DNA of 64,000 nt from the human T2T-CHM13v2.0 reference genome, Homo sapiens, in the NCBI RefSeq assembly GCF_009914755.1, contig NC_060928.1; one strand, 5' to 3'. The notes beneath the pieces were generated by a model. The model made no database searches, was not told where the DNA came from, and was given only the letters and a program-made list of their open reading frames with translations. Of this stretch, positions 12,441 through 23,694 are shown piece by piece. Every line of letters starts with the position of its first letter. Position 1 is the first letter of the stretch. Position numbers and translations under genes: made by a program.

Positions 12441-13503
12441 AATTTTTGTACATTGATTTTATATTCTTAACCTTTGCTGAAGTTGTTTCTCAGTTCCACC
12501 TGCCTTTTGGTGAAATCCTTAGGGTTTCCTATATATAAAATTATATTGTATGTAAAGAGAGATAGTTTGACTTCTTTTGTTCTATTTGTTTACTTTTTAT
12601 TTCTTTTCCTTCCCTGGCTAGCACTTCCAGTACTACCTTGAATAGAAGTGGTGAGAGTGAGCATTCTTGTCTTGTTCCAGTTCTCAAGGAGAATGTTTTC
12701 AGATTTTGCCTGTTGAGTATGATGTTGGCTATGGGTTTGTCATAGAAGGTTTTTATTATTCTGAATTATGCTCCTTCAATGCCTATTTTGTTGACTTTTC
12801 TTTATCATGAAGAGATGTTGGGTTTTATTGAAAGCTTTTTCTTTATATATCGAGATGATCATATGGTTTTGTTATTAATTCTATTTATGTGATGAATCAC
12901 ATTTATTGATCTGTGTATGTTGAACAAACCTTGCATCCCAGGAATAAAGCTTACTTAATCATAGTGAATTATCTTTTTGATGTATTATGGGATTTTGTTT
13001 ACTAGTATTTTGCTGATGCTCATAAAGAATATTGGCCTATAGTTTTCTTTCTTTATTGTGTCATTGCCAGGTTTTGTATCAGGGTAACACAGGTTCCTTA
13101 GAACAAGATAGGGAGTAGTCCCTCCTTGATTTTTGGAATAGTTTCAGTAGAATTGGTACCAGCTCTTCCTTGTACCTTTTATATAATTTGGCTGTGAATT
13201 AGTCTGGTCTAGGGCCCTCTTTGGTTGGTAGGTTTTCTATTACTGTTTCAGTTTTTGAACTTGATATTGGTCTGCTCAGTTTCACTTTATTCCTTATTCA
13301 ATCTTGGAAGATTATATGTTTCCAGGAATTTATTCAATTCTTCTAGATTTTCTAGTTTGTGTACATAGAAGGTTCACAGTTATTTCTGAGGACCTTTTGT
13401 ATGTCTGTGAAATTGGTTGTAATGTCATCTTCGTCATTTCTGATTATGCTTATTTGGATTTTCTTTCTTTGTTTTCTTTGTTAATTTATTGGTCTTGTTT
13501 ATC
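12441..13503 (-). mobile_element. Inverted 5' segment (ORF2) of an L1PA16-like insertion
   Basis: Antisense L1 ORF2 text. Its left end (reverse complement 'aaaatcaatgtacaaaaat') is adjacent in L1 consensus to the start of the sense segment at 13504. Confidence 0.85.
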
Positions 13504-15048
13504 TTTCTATACACCAATAACATTCAAGCTGAGAATAAAATCAAGAATGCAATCCCATTCACAATAGTTACAAAAATAAAATATTAGAAATATATCTAAC
13601 CAAGGATGTGAAAGATCTTTAAAGGAGAAATATGGAACATTGCTGAAAGAAATAAGAGATGACACAAACAAATGAAAAAAATATTTCCTGCTCATGGATG
13701 GGAAGAATCAATGTCATTAAAAGGTCCATAATGCCCAATCTACAGATTTAGTGCAATCCCTATCAAAATACCAATGTAATTTTCACAGAATTAGAACAAA
13801 CTTTTCTAAAATGGGAGAAAATATTCACAAACCATGCATCCAAAAAAGGTCTAATATCTAGAAATTATAAGAAACCTAAACAATTAAACAAGAAAAAAAC
13901 AATAACCCCTCATAAATGGGAAAAAACAATTCTCGTTAAAAAGTCCATGGATGATGCTGGAAGCCATTATCCTCAGCAAGCTAACATGAAAACAGAAAAC
14001 CAAACACGGCATGTTCTCACTTATAAGCAGAAGTTGAACAACGAAAACACATACACACAGGGAGGGGAACAACACATACTAGAGCCTGTCGGGGGAGAAT
14101 GGGGGCAGGGGAGAGAGCATCAGGAAAAATAGCCAATGCGTGCCAAGCTTAATACCTAGGTGATTGGCTGATAGGTGCAGCAAACTACCATGGCACACAT
14201 TTACCTATGTAATAAATCTGCGCATCCTGCACATGTACCCCAGAACTTAAATTAAATTTAAAAAGTCATACAAGTAGCCAGTAAACATATGAGGAAAATG
14301 CTCAGCATTACTAGTTATCAGAGAGAGGCAAATCAAAACCACAATGAGATGTCATCTCACACCAGTCAGAATGGCTGTTATAAAAAGGAAAAAAACAACA
14401 GGTGCTGGCGAGTGTATGGAGAAAAGGGAATGACCATACACTGTTGGTGGAAATGTAAATTAGTTTAGTCACTGTGGAAAGCGGTTTGAAGATTTCTCAA
14501 AGAACCTAAAACAGAACTATCATTCAATGCAGCAATCCCATTTCTGGGTATATATGCAAAAGAAAATAAGTTTTTCTGCCAAAAAGACATGTGCACTTGC
14601 ATATTCATTGCAGAACTCTTTACAATAGCAAAGATACAGAATAAATGTAGGCACCCATCACTGGTGGACGGGATAAAGAAAATGTGGTATATATACACCG
14701 TGGGCCACTATGTAGCCATAAAAAAAATAATGAAATAATCCATCAACATGGATGCAGCTGGAGGCCATTATCCTAAGTGAATTGACACAGGAATAGAACA
14801 CCAAATGCCGCATGTTCTCACTTATAATTGGGAGCTAAACACTGGGTACTCATGAACGTAAAGATGGAAATAATAGAAACTGGGGACTGCTAGTGAGGTT
14901 GGGGGCCAGCAATGATACCATTGAAAAACTATTGGGTACTATACTCAGTACCTGTGATGGGATCAATCATACCCCAAAACTCAGCATCATGCAAGATACC
15001 CAGGTAACCATCCTGCACATGTACCCACTGAATCTAGAAGTTGAAATT
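13504..15048 (+). mobile_element. L1PA16-like LINE 3' segment (internal deletion near 13810, nested L1PA at 13946-14257)
   Basis: Starts 'tttctatacaccaataacattcaagctgag'. 3'UTR 'gggatcaatcataccccaaaactcagcatcatgc...cctgcacatgtacccactgaatctagaagttgaaa'. Confidence 0.88.
13946..14257 (+). mobile_element. Short L1PA8A-L1PA11-like 3' end nested in the older L1
   Basis: 'gagagcatcaggaaaaatagccaatgcgtgccaagcttaatacctaggtgattggctgataggtgcagcaaac'. Flanked by direct repeat ttaaaaagtc (13936-13945 / 14258-14267). Confidence 0.88.
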
Positions 15049-15094
15049 ATATACATATACATACACATATACATATATATATGGAAATGCAGAT

Positions 15095-18000
15095 GACATA
15101 AGCCAATTGTCACATTTCCTCTGTCTTATTCCATTTATTCAAAGTGTTTTTATATACCGTTTTATGTCGTTAAATAAGACACTCTAAGAGTTTCATAGAA
15201 TGCTTAAGCCAGACAAAAAGGAAAAGCTAAATCTAGAATATCCCAGTAAAGATGAATCCCTGCCTTCTCCGTGATAGACAAGGTATATTAAAATTAACTT
15301 CACACCAAGAGCTGATTGGTCTCCTAAGAAATGGTACCACATCAAAGTCTCAGAAGTAGATTCTGGTCCTGACAGAAGGTGATGGATTTGCTGTGGCTCT
15401 CTAGCATGAAAACTGACTTAGCTACTGTCACAGCTGAAAAAGCAATGCCTCATGGACTCTGATAAGTGACACAGGAGTTTAATATATTTGTGCTAATTTC
15501 TATGGGTCTATCCTCAAAAATCCTCCCAGACCTCTTTGCTTTTGGTTCCCTGACAATCTAATAAGGCAACATCCCCCTAATCAGTAGTTAACACATATAC
15601 TTCTTCTAGACTACTCCTCTCTCCCTGTAAAGATGATGACCAACTGTGTAGCTGAAAGATTTGGAGATGTTTTCCCTCATGCTTAGCCTTTTGGGGCCAA
15701 ACACTGAGTGAAGGGTGTAAAGGAACAGCAATCGTTTTCAGTTCACTTTGGCATATTGAGAACCAACCTCAGGCTTCTCCTTTTCTGGTTGTAGGAAATT
15801 CTACAAACACAACAGGTACTACCAGAATAGAGGCATTTGTTCAACAGGATAGCATCATGGGATCTGGGCTTCTTATTTCTGAAGCTTAATTATGTCTTTG
15901 AACCTGCTTGATTTCTATTCTGAATACCCCAATTCCATTTTGCAAGAAATTGATGCTATTTGTACTCTATTTTATGAAATGGTGTGTCTTACAATATGCA
16001 GCTCACGAAGGCCAACTCTGGTACATAGTCAAACGACCTGTGAAGGTCAGAGTCTCTACTATGGCCAAATATTATGTTGGTGAGAAAGTAATTGCAGTTT
16101 TTGCCATTCCACTTGGCCTTTTTTTATTGTGATAGGTTTTAGTTCACAGGTCAGGGAGCTCATGTAAGAAATCTGTTTTTAAGTATAAATATTCCTATTA
16201 TAAAATCAGGGTCTGGAGGAATAATTACCAGGTGTTTCAGTAAACCCATAGGCTCTATGGTGAGATAGATGTGTGTATTGACTCTGTCACCTGGATTTTA
16301 TAGGGAAGGGGCATTGTGTTATCTTGTCCCTCTGTTAACAATATCAAGGCATATTCTACATCTAAAAATCCATGAAAGTTCTGAATATTTTCCTTTCCCA
16401 ATATTTTTCTACTCTTAAAAATAGGCTTATCTCCCTTTGAGGGATAGTTTAGAAGAATAGTGATTATAATACTTGATGTGACATTTTTGTGTTAATATTT
16501 CCTCAAAAGTACCTGGGTTCCAGTTCAATCAATGGACTCTAGGCTGAAAAATGGTTTAAGTCTGGAAAACATTTGATAAATTGTGATTTTTTATTATGAT
16601 GTTTAAACATCAGCCTTCACTCTTCATTCACTTTCTTCACATTCATTCACCTGTCATCTTTTACGGTTGTTTATGTCAAACAATAACTTCATTGAATTCC
16701 CATCTATTTTGCCACTAGAAGAAACAACATAGTCTCTTAGCTTGTGTCAGTAATGCCTATAGTTAAAGTCTGCATGATTGTCATTCTGGTCTTGCTGCTG
16801 ATTATATTATTAAGTTCATCTTACACCTAGTGAGCTTATATACTGACCCGTAACTTCTGCTTTCCCAGAATCCTAGTATCTTTGTAGACATTAGGTAGAC
16901 ACATTTCAGGCTGTATATCTTACCATCAATCTTTGCCCAAGAGGACTGCCCCCACTAAGTTTCTCAGATATATCAATACCTCCTTTGCTAGTGCATTTCT
17001 TGTCTTGTTGTGAAGGAGTGCTTTCTGGGTCATCTTGAACATCATTCTCTGCCACTGGGTTCTCTAGTCTTACATAACAAATTCACTCCACATGCACACA
17101 CCTCAAAGGCATTTGAACCCCTAATTATCCACCTATTTTGTTCTGGCAGCTCCAACTCATTTACTGTAAACCATCATGTTTCCCAAAATTCAAATAGTTA
17201 TTCCAGATACTTCAGGCCTTGCCAATAAGTTCAATTTTGAGTAATGGGAGAGTGGCCCCATATTGATAAACTTTCTCTCTTCCAGTCTTACATTCTTCCT
17301 TCTCTGGTCTAGTCCCATTAAGATTCTTACCCAGGCATTATCTTGCAGTTCCCGTCCGTACCTATTAACCACACTCCTCAGCTCTTTATTAAATGCTTTC
17401 TCTTCTTATAACTGGGACAGCACTTTAGGGCCTGATGATGCTGAAGCTTCATTCTTCATTGATGAAGAAATAAGGAAGACAGTGGAAAATCTTGAAGAGG
17501 ATAAATATAATCATGCAAGGCATCTTTCTCAGATGAAAACTTTGCATAGTCTTCAGGCAATGAGAGGCTTCCTCTAGCAAGGGGGAAAGAGCTATTTCTG
17601 CTAATTCAGAAGATTCAGAGAATTTGTGAGTTCGAGATTCTCAAGCACTTTTCACAAAATACAAGTTCTAGGTCTCTGAGTTCTCCTTTTTTCTATGGGA
17701 TGTTAGCATGAAAATCTTGCCAGAGATTTGACTTTAGCTTCCTTTATAATTCCACAACTTTCGCTATTAAATCCCGGGCCAGATTTCCATCATAGTCTCC
17801 CACCTGCCTCCAGGAGATGAGTGTCAGTTTAAACAGTGCAATCATGGTCTTTTAGCTTTCACAGTGCATCCTGGATTGATAGTTTGCTGACTGCAGACTG
17901 TTACTTTCTTCCTTTGAAGTTTAAAAACCTGGCCATTAACAACTGTCAAACAATTTCTCAATGCTTATAATTACCAGTCCCCCATAACTGTCAAGTTCTC

Positions 18001-18210
18001 AATCTACTGCATAAAATAATGCATCATTTTCTGTATTTGATCTTCTCCTCAAGCAAAAATCTTAATAAATGATGATGCTTATGTATATTAGGGATTATCA
18101 TCACCCCAGTTATAAAAGGCAATGGGTTCCTTATTATCTTTTGGTCAGTAAGTAATCTAGTTCTACAATTTCTTTGTAAGAGTCTAGCTTCTAAAGGCAC
18201 TTCTCTTCCT
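15095..18210 (-). mobile_element. ERV-L internal remnant: gag and partial pol (integrase N-terminus)
   Basis: ORF 17190-17372(-) 'NAWVRILMGLDQRRKNVRLEERKFINMGPLSHYSKLNLLAR' resembles ERV-L/Fv1-type Gag. 'FPDLNHFS' near 16550 and 'CGTI..GDQS.SWCEVNF' near 15280-15345 (cf. YGTIPRGDQPATWWQVDY). Confidence 0.8.
16072..16108 (+). mobile_element. Half MADE1 (Hsmar1-derived MITE, one TIR)
   Basis: 'ta|ttatgttggtgagaaagtaattgcagtttttgccatt' versus MADE1 TTAGGTTGGTGCAAAAGTAATTGCGGTTTTTGCCATT. Second arm absent. Confidence 0.8.
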
Positions 18211-18212
18211 AA

Positions 18213-19040
18213 GTGTCTTGGGCAGATCCTTCAATCCCAATAAAGGGGAAAAAAGAGACAGATCTTAATCACTTATCTGAAAACACTGAGTACGTGAATA
18301 AGTGCAACTGAGGCTCAGTCCTACTTGTACTCTATGGAACACAGCAAATTACACCTTAGAGTTGTGTGTCTAAATGGTGAGGAGGCTGGGATATATTCCT
18401 CTTCTAGGCAGAATAATTCCCCCCACAACCAATCCCAAAAAAGCTCAAGTCGTAACCCTCTAATCTGTGAATATTTTAAATTACACGAAAAAGAATTAAA
18501 ATTGCAGATGAAATTAAATCACATTAAATTAGGAAGATCATTTTGGATTATGCAGATGTGTCCAGTGTAATCAATTACCAGGATTCTTAGAAGTAGTAGA
18601 GGCAGGCAGAAGAGGACAGTCAGGTCAGAGTTATGAGATGTAAGAAGGACATAATCCACTCTTGCTAGATTTGAAGATGAGGCACAGAGGGCATGAGCTG
18701 AGGAATGTAGGCAACCCACAGAAACTGGAAAGGCAAGGAAATAGATTAGCCCCATAGTCTCCAGAAAGGGACATAATACTGCCAGCACATTGATTTTAGC
18801 ACAGTTAGACTGTGTCAGGCTTCTGACCTGCGTAAGTGTAAAATAATATATTTGTATTGTTTAAGCCACTACATTTGAAGTATTTTGATATAGAAACAAT
18901 AGGAAAATAATACAATCCCCAATACTTACGTTCTTCTCTGCACGATGACTGTACTGATTTCTGCAGCCAGAGAAAGCTCTCACGCAGAGTTTCAGGTCCT
19001 TCCAGAAAAAAAGCTTATCATAGATAGGGTGACAACAGTT
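18213..19040 (-). mobile_element. LTR33-like ERV-L LTR (5' LTR of the provirus), split by MLT1D
   Basis: 'gcaactgaggctcagtcctac...caccttagagttgtg...gaggaggctgggatatatt' and 'cagccagagaaagctctcacgcagagtttcagg' resemble antisense LTR33. Confidence 0.6.
18400..18914 (+). mobile_element. MLT1D (MaLR) LTR
   Basis: 'taggcagaataattcccc...gaaactggaaaggcaaggaaatagatt...gtttaagccactac...aataggaaaataataca'. TSD attcc/atccc. Confidence 0.9.
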
Positions 19041-19148
19041 ATTTACTATAATATGAATGCCTATAATTATTTTTATGAGTTAACATTATTTTGTAATAAC
19101 AGTCAAAATGGTCAAACAGGAGGAAATAATGAAAAAGGCAAACTCATT

Positions 19149-19572
19149 AGTTTTTATTTTGACTGTTACATAATAATTGTGCATATCTATGGGGTACATA
19201 TTATATTTTTATATAGGCATAAAATGTATAATGATCAAACCTTTGTTATTTAGCATATCTATCACCTTGAACATTTGTTATTGCTTTGTGTTGGGAATAT
19301 TTTGAATCTTTTTTTCTAGCTATTTTGAAATATACAATATGTTTTAAACTATAGTCACCCTACTGTGATATTGAATGCTGTAACTTATTCCTTCTAACTG
19401 TATGTTTTAATCTAACATTAGATTAATGTGTAATCTAACTGTAATGTTTAATTTAACACCAACCAATCTCTCTTCAGCCCTTTCCCCTGAGTCTTTGGTA
19501 ACCATCATTCTACTCTTCGCCTTCATGGGATCAAATATTTTTAGCTCCCATATGTGAGTGAGAACAAGTGGA
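19149..19572 (-). mobile_element. L1MA4/L1MA5-like 3' end
   Basis: 'taataattgtgcatatctatggggtaca...tagctcccatatgtgagtgagaaca'. 9-bp TSD aaactcatt (19140-19148 / 19573-19581). Confidence 0.85.
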
Positions 19573-20480
19573 AAACTCATTCTTATCTGCAGATGGTATG
19601 TTTGTGTACCTGAAAATCTAAAGAAAAAGAAATTTAATTGTTTTTGCTCATTATGAGGTGATTAAGAGAAATAATTGGGCACAAAAATGGGCCCTGGAAA
19701 TAAGTAACAACAGCCTCTTCAAAGATAAAATGAATGGACATTTCTGTGTTAGTTTTCTACTGCTGCATAACAAATTAACACAAACTTTGTGGCTAATGAT
19801 GACACCCACTTATTAGTTCACACTTCTGTTTGTTAGTCCAGCATAACATGGCTGGCTTCCCTGCTTAGACTAAAATCAAGAGGTCAGCTGTCTCCATTAT
19901 CATTTAAAGCTCAGGATCCTTGTGCAAGCTTATTCCTGTTATTGGCAGAGTTCAGTTCCTTGGAGTTGACTTATGAAAGTCCCTCTGTTCCTGCTGGCCT
20001 TTGGCCAGAAACCACTTTCAGTTCCTCATCATTACCTGATGAGCCATTTCATCTTGAAACCAGCAACACAGTGCCAAATCCTGATACTTCAAATGTATGA
20101 CTTCCCCTTCTGTGACAGCTAGAGAAAACTCTCTGCTTTTCAAGGGCTCATCTGATCAGTCAGGCCTTCTCTCCTGGGTTAATCTTTCTTTTGCCATATA
20201 ATGTAATAAAATCATGATGGTAACGACTCATCATATTCACATGCTCCACACAGGAGGTGAGAAGGGATTATACAAAGTAAAAGATAATTGTGATCATCTT
20301 AGAATGCTGCTTAACACAATGCTTATTTACAAGAAGAAATGTTAAAGTTTCTAAGAATAACTTTAAGACATTTGTAATAGCATTATAAAGAGTCTTTAAC
20401 ATGCTACTGTGTAGAACAGAAAGAATATTTTTAAGAGGAGAAAAGTCTACCCTTCTGTTGGAAAAAAAATACAGACTCAT
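19573..20480 (+). mobile_element. Very old L1M ORF2 fragments, interrupted by MLT1E
   Basis: 'ttatctgcagatggtatgtttgtgtacctgaaaatctaaag' (RT FADD-motif region) and diverged ORF2 text after 20320. Confidence 0.55.
19745..20318 (-). mobile_element. MLT1E-type (MaLR) LTR
   Basis: 'tgtgttagttttctactgctgcataacaaatt...ggcagagttcagttcctt...agagaaaactctctgctttcaagggctca...catcttagaatgctgcttaacaca'. Confidence 0.85.
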
Positions 20481-21487
20481 AAAATAAATGTGTAGAATAC
20501 TTTTTAAATTACTACTTAGTGTTAAGATTGATTAGCGTTGGGAGAAACATTAAGAGATTCCAATAAAAACACCTATACTCTTTCTGCCTCAGAGCCCGTA
20601 GAGTCTCATGGGCTTTGCTGTGGAAACATTCCTGTTCCTGCACCTCCCTTCTTAGCTAATGGAATGTGAACATTGACTGGTCAAGACCAATCACTGCTCT
20701 CCAGAGAAATGGCAGAGTGGGAAGACACCAACAAGTCATATGGACAGTTTTCCAAAGGCATTTTTGGGAGTGACTTAACCAACGTTAGGTCAGAAAACTA
20801 AGAAAAGCGGGCTAAAGGATGTGAAATTTTTGAAAAACAGTCCTGGTTATGAAGAAATGCTTCATGGACATAAACTAAAAGTCTACATCAGAACTTAGCC
20901 AGGCTAGCAGAGAGTTTCAGATTTCGTCATGTATGGTTGCCCTTTGGAAACGTTTTTATTGAATAAAATATGAATCTCAACATTTTATTGAGAGAAGTTA
21001 GAAGAAAAGCGACAGTGTTTATTGTAATCCTGCTGTTAAAGGCATTGCTAATTAAAAGCATCTTTTTTAGTAGGTAACTTTGAGAAAAAAATAATTTCTC
21101 ACCTTAAAATGAGCAGTTGGTTTATGTTTTACAGTCATTGGGCATTATCAATCTGCTCAGTTTCTCATTTTGCTGTGATTTCTAAAACCTACAGGCAAAT
21201 CTGTGGTCCATTTTATATACTGAATTTATATTATGCATTTGTGACTGTCCTGATTGATGCCCCACTTTTTAAAACACCTCCTCTTCTTTGTATGATTATC
21301 TTATGTTAGCTGTATCTTTAAATATTTTATGATCAACCTTATAGGGGAAAGCAAGATGTAAGAACAAAGTTAAAGTATAGGCTGTCGGAAATATAAGATA
21401 TTCTATTGCATTTGGACTAATTTTCGGGGATATTTTAATATTCTATCACCCTGGGTCACATGCATCTCACCTTCCATTGTAACTCAG

Positions 21488-21567
21488 AAGGCTAGACTAT
21501 TACTCAAGACTATTACTCAAGACTATTACTCAAGGCTAGACTATTACTCAAGGCTAGACTATTACTT
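21488..21567. repeat. Short minisatellite with 18/13/13/18/18-bp units
   Basis: Units aaggctagactattactc and aagactattactc. Confidence 0.95.
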
Positions 21568-21857
21568 GTGTCTAACCCAAGATTATTGAACTGAATGAGC
21601 AATAATGATAGATTTTTCTCATCGATCTAGACATTCTAAAAGTCTGACAATATGTTTTTTCTACAATAATTTCACAAAAGGCAAAGGCTAAAATAATAAA
21701 AAATCCAGGGCCTTCAAATTTATTTCCGAACTAACATTATTTACTTTTCACAGATCCAGCATTTTATGAGATATATAAAAACATGCCTTCAATTCAGTAA
21801 TGAATACATAGGTACATACACACATGCATATATACATTTGTATTTGGGTCCGATGTG

Positions 21858-21859
<2 letters not shown>

Positions 21860-21892
<33 letters not shown>

Positions 21893-21904
21893 GTGTATAT
21901 ATAT
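21860..21904. repeat. (TG)n(TA)n microsatellite
   Basis: Directly visible. Confidence 0.95.
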
Positions 21905-23266
21905 GAAATTTCAGTTAGATTGTTTTTGTAAGCATCATGAAATCAGGTATGTAAGTGTCAGAATTCAAAGTACTTCATTGCAAATTATACCAATCTCATC
22001 TTATTTTAGATGATAGAATATACTATTACTATTCATCAAATACTAGTAGTTAACTGAGATATAATCACACATCTTCACATTTAGTTAGCTGTCAAAATAC
22101 CTATGGCTGCATTTATACAATTTGCAAGTGTAAAGAGAAAGCATATGAAAAGGGGTTGCACAACACAGTTGTAGAATACGTGTTGTGCTTGCTTTTGCTA
22201 TTTAACATTTGGGTTCTTAACAATAAAGCTAAAATATATGAAGCTTATTACTATTATGTTTTGTTCCAAAACATAAATAACATGCTATATTGTAATTAAT
22301 TGCTAGAGATTGGGAGAAGGAGAACAATGATCAAGATAAAGCAATAATAGATGAATTGTTGCCTCTATTTTAAAAAACTTTGCTTATTTATTCCTTTGCA
22401 TGAATAAGCAAAAACAGAAAAAAAATTAAGAAAGTGAAATGCAGAGGATTTAGATTTATAACACAGTGAATAATGGTAAGAGTTTTATACAGAACTAATT
22501 CAATCTTTAGAATTAATTTACTTAGATCCTGCGTTACTGTGTCTCAACCATTTTCTAAATTGCGGCTTCCAAAAATTGAAATAAATGAAAAGGCACACAG
22601 TAGTAAAATAAGTGAGAAAGAGAATGCCTTCATACGGTACTGTGTAAGCATTGTAAAATGAGTTATTTCTAGTTAAATATAACCAACTTTAATGAATTAT
22701 TTCATTGTATGCAAATTCAAGTTACTTTTCATAATCTAAGTGTATACAAATGATTATTTTGCATGAACTATAATTTATGATTATTTAATTACTTAAACTT
22801 TTTCAGTTCATTGTCTCCTTGACAGTGTCTAATGAAATTTCTTATTTAAACCATTTCATTATGGTATTTTGTTTGTTTGTTTCATTATTATAGAGAATCT
22901 CCTCAAAATAGTGGCTATACTTTTGACCATGTTTGAGGAAGGGGATATAATTTAATTGAAAAGAGACTTAACATAGTGACCTAGAAAATTATATTAATAA
23001 AGCTATTCTCAAATCCGAAGTTTATTGTAATTTATATATATGTATTTATACAAATAAGAATGTAATAATAAAGCTTGTTCAATTAAAAGACATGAAGTTA
23101 TAGACTTTTTGAACGAGAAGAAACCTTAGATATTATGAAATGATGATTGCTTTCTTTTCTGGAAGTACTCTGTAGTCATAGTGTGTTTTAAAGTGATATT
23201 TTTTAATAGAATACACCAAACTTCATAAAATTAGAAATATGCTATCTCTCTTTCTTTCTAATTCCT

Positions 23267-23268
<2 letters not shown>

Positions 23269-23307
<39 letters not shown>
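23269..23307. repeat. (AC)19 microsatellite
   Basis: Directly visible. Confidence 0.98.
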
Positions 23308-23308
<1 letters not shown>

Positions 23309-23556
23309 CGTTTTTTAAAATTCTTTGATGCCAGCTGGTCATTTGCCTCCTTCTTCTCCAGGTAGTATAAAAACAAGTCCAGCTCCTTGACCTCCCCAAT
23401 AAAGTGACACAGATGCTGTCTTCACACCAAATCAGCAACTTATAGACTATAATCACATTGCCAAGTTGTTTTATTAACTTTTCTTTCTCTATGGATATTA
23501 GTGTCCTTAAATTTTTCTACACTAAGTAAAACATGACCTCTAATTTCTACTTTATT

Positions 23557-23694
23557 TTATTTATTTGATTTATTTATTTTTGAGATAGAGTCTCACTCTG
23601 TCACCCAGGTTGGCGTGCAGTGGCACGATCTCAGCTTATCGCAACCTCCGCCTCCCGGGTTCAACCGATTCTCCTGCCACAGTCTCCTGAGTAG
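23557..23694 (-). mobile_element. 5'-truncated AluS (right arm only)
   Basis: 'gagatagagtctcactctgtcacccagg...gagtagct'. TSD ctaattt(c/g)tactttatt at 23540-23556 / 23695-23711. Confidence 0.9.

Noticed and set aside
17190-17577. Possible domesticated Gag (Fv1-like) gene
   Set aside because: Only ~60 codons are open and the flanks carry stops and frameshifts. It is a decayed ERV-L.
21488-21567. CRISPR-like short direct repeats
   Set aside because: Units are head-to-tail with no unique spacers, there are no cas genes, and the DNA is human.
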